Assembly (NCBI RefSeq): GCF_009914755.1
Contig: NC_060939.1
Reading direction: 5' to 3' (one strand)
From: the human T2T-CHM13v2.0 reference genome, Homo sapiens
DNA: 64,000 nt
Shown: piece by piece, positions 13,909 to 28,254 of the stretch
Layout of the letters: each line of letters begins with the position of its first letter
How positions within the stretch are numbered: the first letter of the stretch is position 1
Made by a program: the position numbers and the translations under genes
Notes under the pieces: generated by a model
The model's database searches: none
What the model was told of the DNA's origin: nothing
Seen by the model: the letters and a program-made list of their open reading frames with translations, nothing else

Positions 13909-15921
13909 AAAGGGAACCAAATACTGTCTCTGTGGCCTGGGCATTTTTGCCAGGCAGGGGGAATCACATCGTTGGTGACAGAGTTGTATGGCCCACAGAG
14001 GCCAGCTAAGAGATTGGGAGAAGGTTGTTGACCTTGTGTGGGAACCAACCTCAGGGGGATGGATGAGGTTGGGGCCCCTTAGGGGTCTCCGCTCTTGGCG
14101 TCTGGACTCCCCTTCTCTGTGGGTCTAAGCTGGCTTCTTTCTGCTGTGGGATTGTGTTAACACTGCCCCTTTAGTGATTTTGCGTTTTTTTTTTTTTTTT
14201 TTCCGCTGACCCTCATTAGCAGAGGTTTTGCTCTTACACACTGCATTGTCCCAGTGACTTCTTATATGCCAGTCACTGGTGGGTAAATGCCAGAGGGACA
14301 CTGAGGGCTCATCAGGAGGACTCAGCCTCCTCTCAGAGAGGAAGCCAAGGTGGCCAGATTACAATTTGTTTTTTCTGGTAAATGTCATGGGTAGGAAATG
14401 TTATTTGTGAGTCTGAAATATCCACCAAGGGCAGAGGGTGCTCTGAAGACAAACAGGAATTGAGTGCTCATTTTCTTGGCCCTGAAGTGATGTGTTGCCT
14501 CCGTGATGTCACAGTTGGCCCCCCTACAACCTAGTTCAGCCTGGCACAGTATATGACGGTGGTCACTGGCTTTCTATCTGGGCAGGATAGCACCTGCACA
14601 TCAGGGAAAACAGACCAAGCTCTCACAAGGGCAATATCATCCTTTGGAATTTGTTCACTTTTAATTACAGGAGCTTTTAAGTGAATAAGACCATTTTCCC
14701 AATGAGCAGTGTCATAAACATTGAGGACTCTCTTAAATCAGAAGATGAATGAATGGATGGAATCTTTGCTGGGATAATATGCAATCAAGCTAATAGGTGC
14801 CTTACCTGGACCTCCCAACAGGTAATAAATGGGAAAATGTTAAGGGGGAGTGGTTGGGGAAGAACAGTAAACTTGGAAAAGCCATTCTCATCAGCACAGA
14901 AGCACTGAAAGAAGGTACAGATCTTCATGGTGAAAAGTGGGAAGCCTTGTATTAGCAAGGAGTGATGATTGACAAAGACCTAAGGTCTAATGTCTAATGT
15001 GTGCTGGGGAGAGTCCGAGAATCCTGTGGGTACAGAGAAAAGTAAGACATTAGAAGTCCTTATGTGTGTTTTGGAGACAGAGTCCCTAAGCTCACCTGGT
15101 CAGTAAGTGTCTCTTGCATGAGTGAATTGGACAGTGCGGACTCCATTCTGCAAAAAGCTTGATTGGAGGCAAGTGGAAAGGACCTTGGAAAATTAACCAA
15201 AATGCAATGAAGCTCTTTCCTAAATACCAATGGCTAAAGAACTTCAACATGTCAGTGTTGTATGAAATACTTCATTGGACTGAATTGTCCTCTGAATTTA
15301 ATGTTAGCATTCCCTCAAGAGTCTTGGCTTTCTTTTTTTGCCTGCACTGTCTGCATTACAGTGCAGTAAGGCAGACTTTTCTTGTGAAGTGGTATGGATA
15401 AGATTTAGAGGATCTGAACACCTCTCTGCTTTGGAATTCGTGGTAGCTAAAGTGTAAATAGATTCACACATCTGACATTCAAAGTCAGAAATTCACGTGG
15501 TCTTGCACTGTTCTGGTGTGCAAGTTGGTTTCAGAAGGGGCTTGGTGTTTGAAAGGTGCTGTAAGGAGTGGAAGAATCGATGCCATCTTCAGATGTTTGT
15601 TCCAAGTCACAAGCAAACCCTGCTTCAAATCTGCTGGCAAGGCCTTTGAGTCACACAGAGCCTGACTTGTTCACTTTGTGTTTGTCCAGCTTCCATGGCA
15701 TGTGGAAGAAGTTGGTCGGCTTGGGAATATGCTGAATCAAGCAACATAACCAACCAATGAGAGGGGGCTTAAGCTTCTTTCAAGCCGGGCAAACCTTTAG
15801 TTGTTAGAAGCCCATACTTCCTATGTGGTGGTATAGGAAGGACACAGACTTACCTGTAGGTTTCTTGCCAAAAAATAGAATTGCGATCTGATCAATCTTC
15901 CAACTATTTATAGAAAGTACA

Positions 15922-16221
15922 GGCCAGGCTTGGTGGCTCACGCCTGTAACCCCAGCACTTTGGGAGGCCTAGGCCGGCAGATCACGAGGTCAGGAGATCA
16001 AGACCATCCTGGCCAACATGGTGAAACCCCGTCTCTACTAAAAATACAAAAATTAGCTGGGTGTGGTGGCATGCGCCTGTAATCCCAGCTACTCGGGAGG
16101 CTGAGGCAGGAGAATTGCTTGAACCTGGGAATCGGAGGTTGCAGTGAGCCAAGATCGCCACTGTACTGCAGCCTGGTGACAGAGCAAGACTCCCTCTCAA
16201 AAAAAAAAAAAAAAAAAAAAA
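15922..16221 (+). mobile_element. AluSc-like
   Basis: gatcacgaggtcaggagatcaagacc; gcctgg-tgacag single-base deletion; pure A-tail. Confidence 0.96.
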
Positions 16222-16390
16222 GGAAGGTATGGACGATAAGGGGTTCATATCAAACAACACTATGGGAATGAAGTCCATCGGATTTAGAATGTGGAAATAC
16301 TAAAAGATGCCACACCACATTTCTTCAGTAAATACATGGAAAAAAAAAAGACGGGGGAAGTGGTGTTAATGAAAGAAACTTTGAAGGGAC

Positions 16391-16873
16391 TGTGGCAGAT
16401 GCAATTGATGTTCTGCCTACCTTCACTCCACTTCTACCTCTATAGCTTGCTGGAGGCTGTGTGCCAGGAACACCTGTGACGCTTTCCCCTAGGGCATTTA
16501 TTCTGTCCCCAAGGTTACACATGGTAAGCGGAGCAGAGTGCCCGAGAATTAATGGCCTAGAGAGTTAATGTCTCTGGAAGCAGTGCTTAGCCAAAGATGG
16601 GTGGAAAGCTGGTGGACAAATACCCCAGCTTCCTTCCCTCTATCCCCCAGGGTTGGGAAAACTCTCAGTGGTGCCCCACACTGTTTTCCAGAGTTGTCCA
16701 GAGAGACTGAGCTTCATTTGCCCCCAGCAGTAACGAACCCTTTGTTGGTGGTCCTCCCACTGTCTCACTTTCCGGCTCCCCTACCAGTTTCACTGGGGTC
16801 ACCTCCCAGATAAACCATTTGCACTGAAATCATTGCCCCAGGGTCTGTTTCTGGGGGAAACCAAAGTAGGACA
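16391..16873 (+). mobile_element. LTR16-family (ERVL) solo LTR
   Basis: TG...CA ends; ggacaaataccccagcttcc and cacctcccagataaaccatttgcact...tctgtttctggggg motifs; perfect 5-bp TSD gggac at 16386-16390 and 16874-16878. Confidence 0.85.
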
Positions 16874-18455
16874 GGGACAAATCAATCCATGGAACAAGTG
16901 AACCTTATTTCCATCTGGATTCAAACAACCCATCTGCCAAAAGGCATTTATGAGTTAAATGTGGAAACATGATCATAGATGGGATATTAGATGATTTTAA
17001 ATAATCGTTCTTTAATTTCTTTAGGTTTGATTGTTGTTTCTTGGTTATTTTTTTAAAAAAGAGTGCTTATCTGCTAGAGATCCACATTGCAGTATTTACA
17101 AATGAGATGATACGATGTCTGTGGTTTGCTTTAAAATAATCCAGTGGTGGTGGTGGAGGTGGAGGGGCACCAGGGAGGGGATCCGGGGACTATAAGGTGG
17201 GCAAAACTTTAATAACTGTTGAAGCTGGGTGATGGGGACATGGCAGTTCATTACAGAGGTTTTGTGGTGTATTTAAAATCTTTCATAGTAAAATGTTAAA
17301 GAAAACAAAAAAAAGCACATGTACACCTTTCTGGTCTCCCTCCTCTGAGGCAAAATTAAATGATCCTCTTCCCAGCCATGTTACCGTGACACATCGGCTC
17401 TGTCTTGGGGATCAGTGGCTCAGCAAGTGAGTCCTTAGTGTCTCAGTTCATGGCCCTCCTCCATGCTGGTGGCCTTCACCTCCTCCATTGCATCCATCCA
17501 TCCCGTAGCCAGACTGGAGCCTTTGGCATCACCCAGACCTGCTTTTACCTGAGTTCTTAAATTCCATCCTGTGAGCTCCTGCCCTGAGCGATTCCTCTGG
17601 TTCTATTGCAGCAACTTTCCAATCTGTAACCCGCCATGCAATCATAACCCACGTGGTCTCGACTGTTAAGTACCAGAACTGCTGGGCGGGAGGGAGGGTG
17701 AGCCTGGAGACAGAGGTCAGGCCAGGTTGTGGGCCTTCTCCTGTAAAGAGTCTTCAGCAATTCTAGTGGGATATCCAAGAGGTTGTTGTGACTTTGGCCT
17801 TGGCCAAACACCCCAGGGGTGTTATAATTGGGGGGTGGGCAGCCACTGGGAGAGGAAGTGCCACCATGGCTGTAAGTGGAAGAATAGAAACTTCAATCGG
17901 GAGGGATCCAGTACAGGAAGAGTTCAGTTCTCAGGGAGAGAGGGTTGGAGAAAGCCTGAGTCGTTGTTAGGGCATTAGCCAAATGGCCAGGACTTTTCCA
18001 GAGGGAAGCTGGGATATAATCAGGAAACTAGGGCAGGAGGCTAATTCTGCATACTGGATGCATGGGCCAGGTTCAGGTGGGTCTCCTGCCCAAGGCTTGC
18101 CACAGGTATGCCAGGCTTTGGGTGGCAGGAGGAATGGCAGAGCTCAGCCACTGGAGGGAATGAGCCTGTGCCCATGGGGCTAGTTTCTGATGGGCTCGGT
18201 CACTGGAACAGGTTGGGTGAGGGTGGCCATGGAGAACCTGCAGGCTGAAGATCTTTTATATTTGGCTTATTTATTGAGAGGTCTCAGCTCTGCACATACA
18301 TAGGAATTGGTTTTATTTTTGCTAATCACTGCTTTCCACTGTGCTGAAGCAAGTTCTTCTCTCCTTCTGTGGAGTAGGACTCTTGAGGATCCTTTGACCA
18401 GGGCCATATATTTCCTGTCATGGTTAAGTTTTAAAACCTTTTTATTTCTGTATGA

Positions 18456-18761
<306 letters not shown>

Positions 18762-19370
18762 GCTTTTTGTTTTTAAAATATCAGTTTCCAACCTGATTGA
18801 CAGTTTGTCCTCAACAGCATGGGCAGAGATGGGATCCTGGCTGCTGGTAGCGGAAGAGGGTGCTGTGGTCAGGCTCTGTGCACCTCCTCCCTCTCCCCCT
18901 TCCAGATGCTCCTTCCCTTGGTGCTGGGCACAGGAAGGACAGGTGGAGAGGCTTAGTTCTATGTGTCTTCCACCTGCAGAGGGTGTATGGGGGTTCCTGG
19001 TCTTGCTGTGGTCCCCCCGGTTCTGTCTGATGCTGGTGTGGCACCTGTGTCTTCCTGTGGTCTCATCTGTGGTATATAATCCCACCCTCTTTTCCTGGTG
19101 CTATTTCCCTTACCCTTGAAGCTGCCTGGACAGGCCATGGCTCCTCTCCTGCTGCTCTCCCAACCTGAACCTTCTTGTTGACTCAGGGAAACCACTGGAG
19201 TCTTCTTTCATACCCTCTGAGGGCCATAGAGAATGGTATTCCTTCACTGAAGGCAACTCTAGTCTTTGCAAGTGGTTTTCTTGGAGTCCCTCGGAACTGG
19301 CTTTGAGAAAGGGAAAGCATCCTCATCAGTTTCCCATGAGAATGTGAGGGAATAAGAAAAGTAGCTAATA

Positions 19371-19731
<361 letters not shown>

Positions 19732-19994
19732 TTATGATAGACTCCACTCTGTGATGTGAAATTTGTACATCAAAGGATTTGAACAATTCTAAGTACAAAT
19801 TTTTATATGTGTGTGTGTTTGTGTGTGTGTATGTGTAGTACAGTTTTAATTGCTCCCATGATACATAGTCATTAGAGAAAACCCTTGTTAAAAAAAAAAG
19901 GAGCGGGGAGGAGAAAGGAGGCAAAGAAACACGTATATGGATTTGCGTCTTCCATTTGCCTTGAATTAAATTTAATGTCATTAAAAAACCCACT

Positions 19995-20490
<496 letters not shown>

Positions 20491-21569
20491 GTGTTACATG
20501 TCACTCTTGTCACGCTGAAGGGTCCTTCTTTTCCTCTCTTTATATTGATTTCCTCTCTTATATTGACTGAATGGGAGGCAGGGGAGTGGTAAGGGCAGGG
20601 GACCAGTTTTGACACCTCTTGGAAAGTTGTGCTGTAGTAGCTGGCATCATGGCTAGAAGCTTGTCGGTGACTCTGACTGTGGACTATTGTGAGCTTTCAG
20701 TCATTAGCTTTGGACCTTAGCTGTGATTCCAGGTCAGGAGGAAAGTTCCACTCAACTTGCTATTTCTCATCTAGCTCGGCAGTGTTGAGAGGCCTGGCTC
20801 TTTTCCTGAAGCTATTTTCCCCAAGCTGGATATCTTAGGACTTCTCTTCCTTTCCTGCCTGCCCAGATCCCATGCAGGGCAGCTCCCTTTCTCACAGACC
20901 CCTGCAAACCCCTCCCTCCACTATCTTTCCTATGTCTTCTGCCAACCTCAGGCCCTGGAGCCCTCTAACATCTGTCTTCTCTGCTATACAGGGTCTGCCA
21001 GGAACTGCTGGAGAAAATCTTGTAATTGTGCTGGTGTTACATATTTATGGCTTCAGCTTCAAGATAAGTCACTAATCCTTTATTATGTTCTTGAATGGCT
21101 TCCTCTTCCACTCTTTGTCATGGCTCTTGAAGACCCGTTACAGCCCCAAGACCCCGTGGTAGTAGTCCTACCTTCTTGCCCCTTGTCTTCACGCTCTCCT
21201 TTACTGACACTTACCTTGAGGTTATCTACCGGGACATCTAGAGCCTATTGTTCGAGGAATGCAGTCTTGCAAGCCTACTCTGGACCCGAGCAGCTGACCT
21301 CTTCTTCCACGCCCCCCTTCTCGCTATCTCTTTTACCAATAAATATGGAGGGCTATGTAAAGCTCAGGGCCCTTGTCCACTAGAGGCAAGGTGCCCCCTG
21401 ACCCCTTCTTCCAAACATATTTTTTTGTCTCTTATCTTTATTCCCACATTCATCCTCCTTTGTTCAGTCCCCTAAGGTCTGTGCAGGTTACAATTAAGCA
21501 AGTTGGCCTCTTGTTTAAATCCTTCCCTTGACTCTCTCTCCCCTTAGGCCTCCCCTGTCTCACTCTTTT

Positions 21570-22960
21570 CTTCATTGCTGGACTTTTAGAAAGCATGTCT
21601 CTACCCACTGCTTTCACTTCCTGATCACGTATCACTGTCAACCAATGTAATCTACTGTCCCCTCCATCATCACACAATGGATCTACTTCAGTTAAGTTAC
21701 CAACATCTTCCTAAAAGATGAATCCAGCAGGCATTTGTGTCTTTATTTTTGACAACTCTGCTCTGTTGTGGATTTTGACCATCTCCTTCTGGAAACATCG
21801 TCTACTATGATTCCTACCACACCACTGCTGGTTAAACTTTTAACTCTCTGTTCACTATGTTTTATTTTCCAGCCTCTCTTTCTCTGTCCAACTTTTTAAA
21901 ATCAGTGATCACGAGGAGTTTGCTCTTGGTCATCTAGTCTTTTCACTCAGTTGATGTTTTGTGTATGATACCATGACTCTCATGATAACCCATGTGGTCA
22001 CCTGTTCATAATTCCTGTCCTGACATTTCTCTTGAGCTTTAGGCAGCCTATCTGGACAGCTCTACTTGGACACCCCCACACACCTCAAATTAGTTTTCAA
22101 AAAATATATTTTTTAAGTCCATCCAAACATTTTCATCACTCCAATTTACTAGAAACTATAAAACCAGCCTTCATCTTTGGGCATAGCACTCTGGAGCTGA
22201 TTACCTCCCCTTCAATCCTGACTCCTCTCTTGATTAGCTGGGTGAGCCTGGGCAAGTAATCCACTTTCCATGTGTCTTAGTTTCTGGAAATTAAGCATAT
22301 CTTCCTTAAAGGATGGACATGAAGATAAAATTAGATAATAAAGGCAAAGCTCTTGGCAAAGGGCTCAATATGTAGTAACTTCCACCAAATGCTGTGTTTT
22401 GTTATTGTTGCCATTATTCTATTCATCATTCATTCAACGCTTCTGAGTATCCTCAGTGATTCACTTGGCATTGTGCTAGGGACTCACTCCACACCCTTAT
22501 CTCTCTACATTCTGTAGATTTTTACCTCTTAAGTGCTCTAAGATCTGTCAATCTCTCTCTGCACCACCATCACTCCTCAGGGTGGGGCCACATTACTTAT
22601 TATCTACACTGCCACCTCTCCCACCTATTTTCTCTCCTGCTCCAGGCCATCTTCCTCACTGTGGCCAGAGGGATCTTCCTAAAACAGGAATGGTCACCCC
22701 CTACTGAAAATCCTTCAGTGGCCCTTCAGTATAAACTTGTACTGCTTCCATGTTGTCAAGCCCTTGTGTCTGCTGGCCTAGCTCTAGCCATCTGGAGCTA
22801 CTTGGAAGTTTGCACACTATGCCCTGTTGGGTTATCCCTTTGGACCAGGTCCATGTTCTTCCTTCTGCTGAAATAAGCTTCTCCTCCACCTCCTTCTATT
22901 GTCCTCCTGGTGTTTTGCTTTCTCCTCCTTTAAGATTCTGTTGAAGCATTACCTGCTGCT
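21570..22960 (+). mobile_element. L2 fragments interrupted by MIR
   Basis: ttgaccatctccttctggaaac and gtggccagagggatcttcctaaaac L2 motifs; highly diverged. Confidence 0.6.
22180..22410 (+). mobile_element. MIR
   Basis: gcactctggagc...attagctgggtgagcctgggcaagtaa. Confidence 0.65.
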
Positions 22961-23280
22961 GTAAAAATTTTAGGAATTTTTACCCGTTTCCTTCCTCTTC
23001 CCCCACCTGCTGAGGTGGGGGATGGGTTGCTTTGTTCTCCGTGTTCTTACAGCGTTTTATACATATCTTGCCTCTCATGATCAGGGGCTCTATCTTTCTT
23101 ACCCCTAGGTTTTTTAATGTCTAAGGCCTGGAAAAGGAGGTTTACAGTTAGCAGTATTTTATTAAATACTTAACTCATTAAAGTCATAAATGTAAAACTG
23201 ATTCTACATTAAACTTTAAAAAATAACTTACAAATTTTATAAATTCATTTGTAAATCTGATATTTATGTTAAAATGAAAG

Positions 23281-23329
23281 GCACTCCAGCCTGGGCGACA
23301 GAGACTCCATCTCAAAAAAAAAAAAAAAA
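23281..23329 (+). mobile_element. Alu 3'-terminal fragment (~33 nt plus A16)
   Basis: gcactccagcctgggcgacagagactccatctc plus poly(A); direct repeat gaaaggcact at 23276-23285 and 23330-23339. Confidence 0.9.
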
Positions 23330-23514
23330 GAAAGGCACTTATCTTTGAACAGTGTTTAATTTATAAATTTAACCAATTAAATCCCTCAATTAATACTATT
23401 TATAAATTCTGTTAATTTCCCTTAAACATTTTAAAGTGTAGTCATACGTGTAATCATATGTTCAATTAGTCATCCAGTTCTCACAGAGATCCAAATCTGA
23501 TCAAAGAAACAAAT

Positions 23515-23595
23515 GTCATTCACTAAATAAATGTTTACTGAGTGCCTAGCATGTGTGGTAACTGCTCCAGGCTTGGAGACTCAGTGATTAATAGT
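23515..23595 (-). mobile_element. L2 3' end fragment
   Basis: tcattcactaaataaatgtttactgagtgcctagcatgtg. Confidence 0.6.
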
Positions 23596-24259
23596 CAATG
23601 AAATGACCACTGAATGGTAAATACCGAGAATTGTGCTAACTGTAAACCTGAGTAAATGATTATTAGTGTTTTAACTAGTGTCACTGCAACCTGAGTAAAG
23701 TATATAAAATCCTATCAGTACACAGGACCTTAGAACAAACAAATACACAACAATTACACAGTAGGGCCTGGCCACAGAATGAGGAGATCTGAATAAAATC
23801 CTGGAAGATGACACTAGAACCCAAGAGCCTCGCAACTCCCTGATATTTAAAAGCTGCATTATTTCAGGAAAAGGTACCAGTCTGCTGAAAAATGGACACA
23901 TGACACTGGAGAAGATCATCTGAAAGGGAGAGGGTCGGGAAGTCCTGTTGACTGCTGATGTGGCAGCTATTTGATGATAATGAGGGGCTGAACAAATGCC
24001 AGCTCAGATGGAATCATTCTGGAAGGTGCACTCACATTCTGAGTCCAGGCCCTAATCTCCAGTCAGTAACATGGAGCTTGACTTTATTGTGGTTCCCAGT
24101 ATTTTATGGGGTAACCACAGCTGACCTGAGGTGGTTATTGTGCTGTCCTTGATTGGGCGAACTACTTGGAAATTTGAGATAAGGAAATAAATCCCTGGTG
24201 TCAATGCTTCTGTATTGGATATAATGATAGTAATAAGATATATTGATAGTAATAAGCTT

Positions 24260-24868
24260 TGCAGGCATTTTTAGGTGTGTGTTTTGTTGCTGCCTCCTTT
24301 TGAGCCCCTCTTCCCGGACCACACTTTTGCTGGAGTTCACAGAGCAGGCTGGAGTTCATCAATGAAGCCCTGGACCAATGTGGCCTTCAGGCCCCACATG
24401 CTGAGCCCTATCAAGTGCCATATCTCTCTCCACTATTGGTCTTGGGTGAGATGCTGCATTGGGGGCCTAGAACCTGGCTTCTCGAGTGGCTGTCCAAGGG
24501 CTGGAGGGTGAAACCCGGAAGTGTTGGGTCTTTGGCTCCTATGGTGAACCTCAACCAATGGGAGAGGATAGGATGGCACTGGGCAGATCAATTTCCCTTC
24601 CTTTCTCCCTTCCAGGGACTACTCTGAGGTGCAGTTTCTTCTTGCAGCTCTTTGTGAGAAAGTCCGGTGTGCTGATGGACATGGTTGCCTAGTGGCCTGG
24701 AGTGTTTTGAAGGTGGCTGGTGCAGTTACACCCTTTATCCCACAATCCTTGGACTCTTTCTTGGCCTTGCTCTCTTTCCTCACTCTTACCTGGGCTAGTA
24801 ACTCGCACAATAAATTGTCACTTTAATCCTTGTCTCGGGCTCTGCTTTCTAGAAGACAGGGGCTACGA
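24260..24868 (+). mobile_element. LTR16-family (LTR16B/D-like, ERVL) solo LTR
   Basis: caaccaatgggaga...gatcaatttcccttcc and caataaa...aatccttgtctcgggctctgctttct 3' motifs. Confidence 0.65.
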
Positions 24869-25527
24869 AGGCCCTTTGAAAAGAGTTATAATCATGGATT
24901 TTGGAATATTTCTTGTCCTCTGTGTATCCCTGAAACTTAGTACTTTTTGGAATTGGCTTATGCTTTTAATGACCTTTAGACCAGAAAATATTATATTTTT
25001 AAATTGTTTTCACCTGACGTTTTTAGTGTTCCAAAGTTGTATGCTTATCAGAAATAAGCAAGAACTCTGCAATTCTTTGAAGGCCAACAGCTTGTTACAC
25101 TGTTTATAGCATAATTAACAACTTTATAACATTTATGAAAGTAAATGGATTAAATTTGTAATTATTGTCTGGAAAAACTGTATTTTTACATTTTATGAAA
25201 CTTAAGCGACTCAAGTTATGCCATATTTCATACATAAGCTGAACTTTAATTTTAGATTCATGATTAGTACATCATAAAAGTACTTTCTGTGCTAACATTT
25301 TTCTCTTCCTGACTTATATATTTAAAAAAAATTCCCTTTGCTAATCATGATCCTGTTTAATATTCTTGGGAAGGTTAGAGGTGGAATTCAGAGTGAGATT
25401 ATTGGCATCGCAAGAGGAACAGACACTGAAAGGTCAATTTATTCAATTTCGTGTTTGGGTGCAAGATCTCAGTTACTCGTCCTACACATGAGAAAACCCT
25501 TCTTGCCTTTAAGATTTACTGGCTTCT

Positions 25528-25828
25528 GGCTGGGTGCAGTGGCTCACGCCTGTAATCCCAGCACTTTGGGAGGCCTAGGCAGGCAGATCACCTGAGGTCA
25601 GGAGTTCATGACTAGCCTGGCCAACATGGTGAAACCCTGTTTCTACTAAAAATACAAAAATTAGCCAGGTGTAGAGGCCCACACCTGTAATCCCAGCTAC
25701 TTGGAGGCTGTGGCAGGAGAATTGCTTGAACCCGGGAAGCTGAGGTTGCAGTGAGCTGACATCATGCCACCGCACTCCAGCCTGGGCGACAGAGTGAGAT
25801 TCCGTCTCAAAAAAAAGAAAAGAAAAAA
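25528..25828 (+). mobile_element. AluS (Sx/Sq-like)
   Basis: TSD aagatttactggcttct (25511-25527) versus aagacttactggcttct (25829-25845). Confidence 0.96.
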
Positions 25829-26479
25829 AAGACTTACTGGCTTCTTTTTAGACACAGTTTGCAGGAAAGGAAGGGAACCTAATAACCCATTAGAAAAATA
25901 GGTGTTTTATAAATAATGTTAATTGCAGCTATTTCACATTCAGACAGGTATAACCAAGACTAAGCTTCACTCTAGGAATAATATAAAGTTTTAATCAGAA
26001 GAATAGTTTCAAGTTCTTAGAAGAAGTGGTGTGTCTTTAGATCAAGTGACAACTATGTGTCTAAATTATAGCCTTTACCCAAGGGTCTACAGACTTTTTA
26101 GGAATGACCTTCACCTGGGTGGGATGCATTCCCCTCATCAGTGTGTGGAAATGGACAGCGGATCAGCATCCCAGAGCCTAAGGGTTTGCCGAGTTGGTGA
26201 TCACCATCAGCAGCACCTTCCTTGGGTGCCCCAGGGCAAGTGAGTAACCACTGCCATGTTTGGTGTAATGGTGAGTGGAGGTATCCCACCCACAGTAGGA
26301 GACAGGAGAGGCCGAGGCCTCCACACCCACGTGTGCATACTTCCTGGATTCAGCATGTGTCTCCCAAATTACCCAGGAATAGGATGTAATGCCTTGTATC
26401 TGTGACTTTTGGAGGTACCTTATATATGCCTGTGTGAATGAATAAATGGATGGATATGAATAAATGAATGGGCCTGGGG

Positions 26480-26696
26480 TTTTTGTTTTGTATTGAGGCA
26501 AAGTCTCAGTCTATCACCTGGGTTGGAGTGCAGTGTGCCATCATGGCTCACTGTAGCCTCGACCTTCTGGGGCTCAAGGGATCCTCCTCCCTCAGCCTCC
26601 TGAGTAGCTAGGAGTACAGGCATGCTCCACCTTGCCTGGCTAATTAAAAAATACATATATTTTGTTGAGGGGGTTTCACTATGTTGCCCAGGCTGG
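26480..26696 (-). mobile_element. AluJ, 5'-truncated
   Basis: catcatggctcactgtagcctcgacc and ggctcaagggatcctcc; stops after gttgcccaggctgg. Confidence 0.9.
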
Positions 26697-27389
26697 GGGC
26701 TCAAGGTTTTCTCATGGGTTTATTTGCTAATTGTGTTTCTCCTGTTATGACTTGTTCACACCCTTGGCCTAGCCATCCTTTGGAGTATTAGTTTTTTTCT
26801 TATGAATTTGGATGAGCTCCCAATATATATACCAGAGGCTTATGTGACCAGAGGCTTGAAAGAACCTAACTTCTATTTCCTTTAGGAGCAATGGTTCAGT
26901 ATTCATTAATTGAGTGTTTGTAGTGGCTTTTAATAGAACATAATTACTTTTAATAATGAAAGTCCACTGTATTTATTTCACACCTCTTGATTTTTCTGTT
27001 CATTATTTTGGATTGTTTTTAAATAAATCATGTATTTCATACATCACTTATGTTCATTGATGAAACATTATAAAATACAAAAAAAGAAAAAAACATTATA
27101 AAATACAAAAAACCACCAGCAAAACTGTTATCCACATCTCATTACCCTATATTGTTACTCTTAATATTGGATATATACCCAATATTATTACATTTACATA
27201 TGTTCATAAAAATGCAAAAATGAAATGTACTGGCTTCTAACCTGCTTTTCTCACTTAATATATTGTGATGATTTTTCTATGAGAATATGGATCCACATCA
27301 TAATTTTTAGAAGTTGTATAATATGGAAAAACTACAATTTATTTAAAGTTTTCTAATTGTTAGATATTTAAGTTGTTACCAGTTTTCAC

Positions 27390-27610
27390 TAATAACAATA
27401 AGTAAAATTTATTGAGTGTTTGCTGTCTCAGATTATGAGTTTAAGATGTTTATATGCATTATTTCACCTAAGCCTCAACAACCTTACGGGGTAGGTATTT
27501 TGTTCTCCCCCAGTTTTACAGATGAGGGAACTGAGGCACAAAATAATATACCTAAAGTGAAAAATAAGTATTGCAGCTGGGATTCCAGTCCTGGAAACTT
27601 GATTTCACAT
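27390..27610 (-). mobile_element. MIR
   Basis: tttattgagtg...ttttacagatgagggaactgaggcaca. Confidence 0.85.
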
Positions 27611-28254
27611 TTGTGTTCCCAACTAGAACAATGTATAATTAGTGATTCTGTGCTACTGTCTTTGGCAATTTCCTAGGGAAAAAAAGTAATCCTGAAATAA
27701 AGTTGCTGAGTCAGCACTGGATATTTTAAGGACTTTTGTTATGCATCGCCAAGTTATGTTCCAGATAATTTCTCCCTCAAATAGTGTAAGAAAAGGCGCA
27801 TTTCCCCATGTCTTTATTAACACTAGGCTGAATATAGTATTTTAAAATCACTATTTTAATTGTCATTTCTTTAATTGTGAGATGAAATGTTACATTCTTA
27901 TCCACCTTTTAATTCTTTTATGAATCACTGTTTATTTCCATTGTGGTGTTTGTCTTTTACTGGTTTCTAAGAACTCTTTATACATTTTACATATGATTGT
28001 CGAATTGCTGCAAATAATTTTCCTGTTAGTCATTTGAAATTTAAATAGGTTTTTCTTTTTACGTTTTTATTGTGGAATCTGACATACCTTGGAACAGTGC
28101 ATAGAATATAAATGTACAGCTTATCAAATGATTATGAAGTTAACAACTGTACAACCACCAGTTGAAGCAATGGAATCTTGCCAGTTTCCCAGAAGTTCCC
28201 TGTGTGTTCCTTCCTGATACAATCTATGCCCAACTTTCTAGAAGAAGCCACAAT

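Larger units (their letters stand above)
15820..17310 (+). mobile_element. L1ME-type 3' end interrupted by AluSc and LTR16
   Basis: gtatttacaaatgagatgatacgatgtctgtggtttgctttaaaataatccag and ataactgttgaagctgggtgatggggacatgg motifs; A-rich end. Confidence 0.75.

Noticed and set aside
13731-14048. 105-aa ORF with YLSI repeats
   Set aside because: It is a translation of the GATA microsatellite.
20534-20568. Short tandem duplications (cctctct(t)tatattga twice; also gtaagt..tatacgt twice near 43690-43721)
   Set aside because: Ordinary slippage duplications with no further structure.
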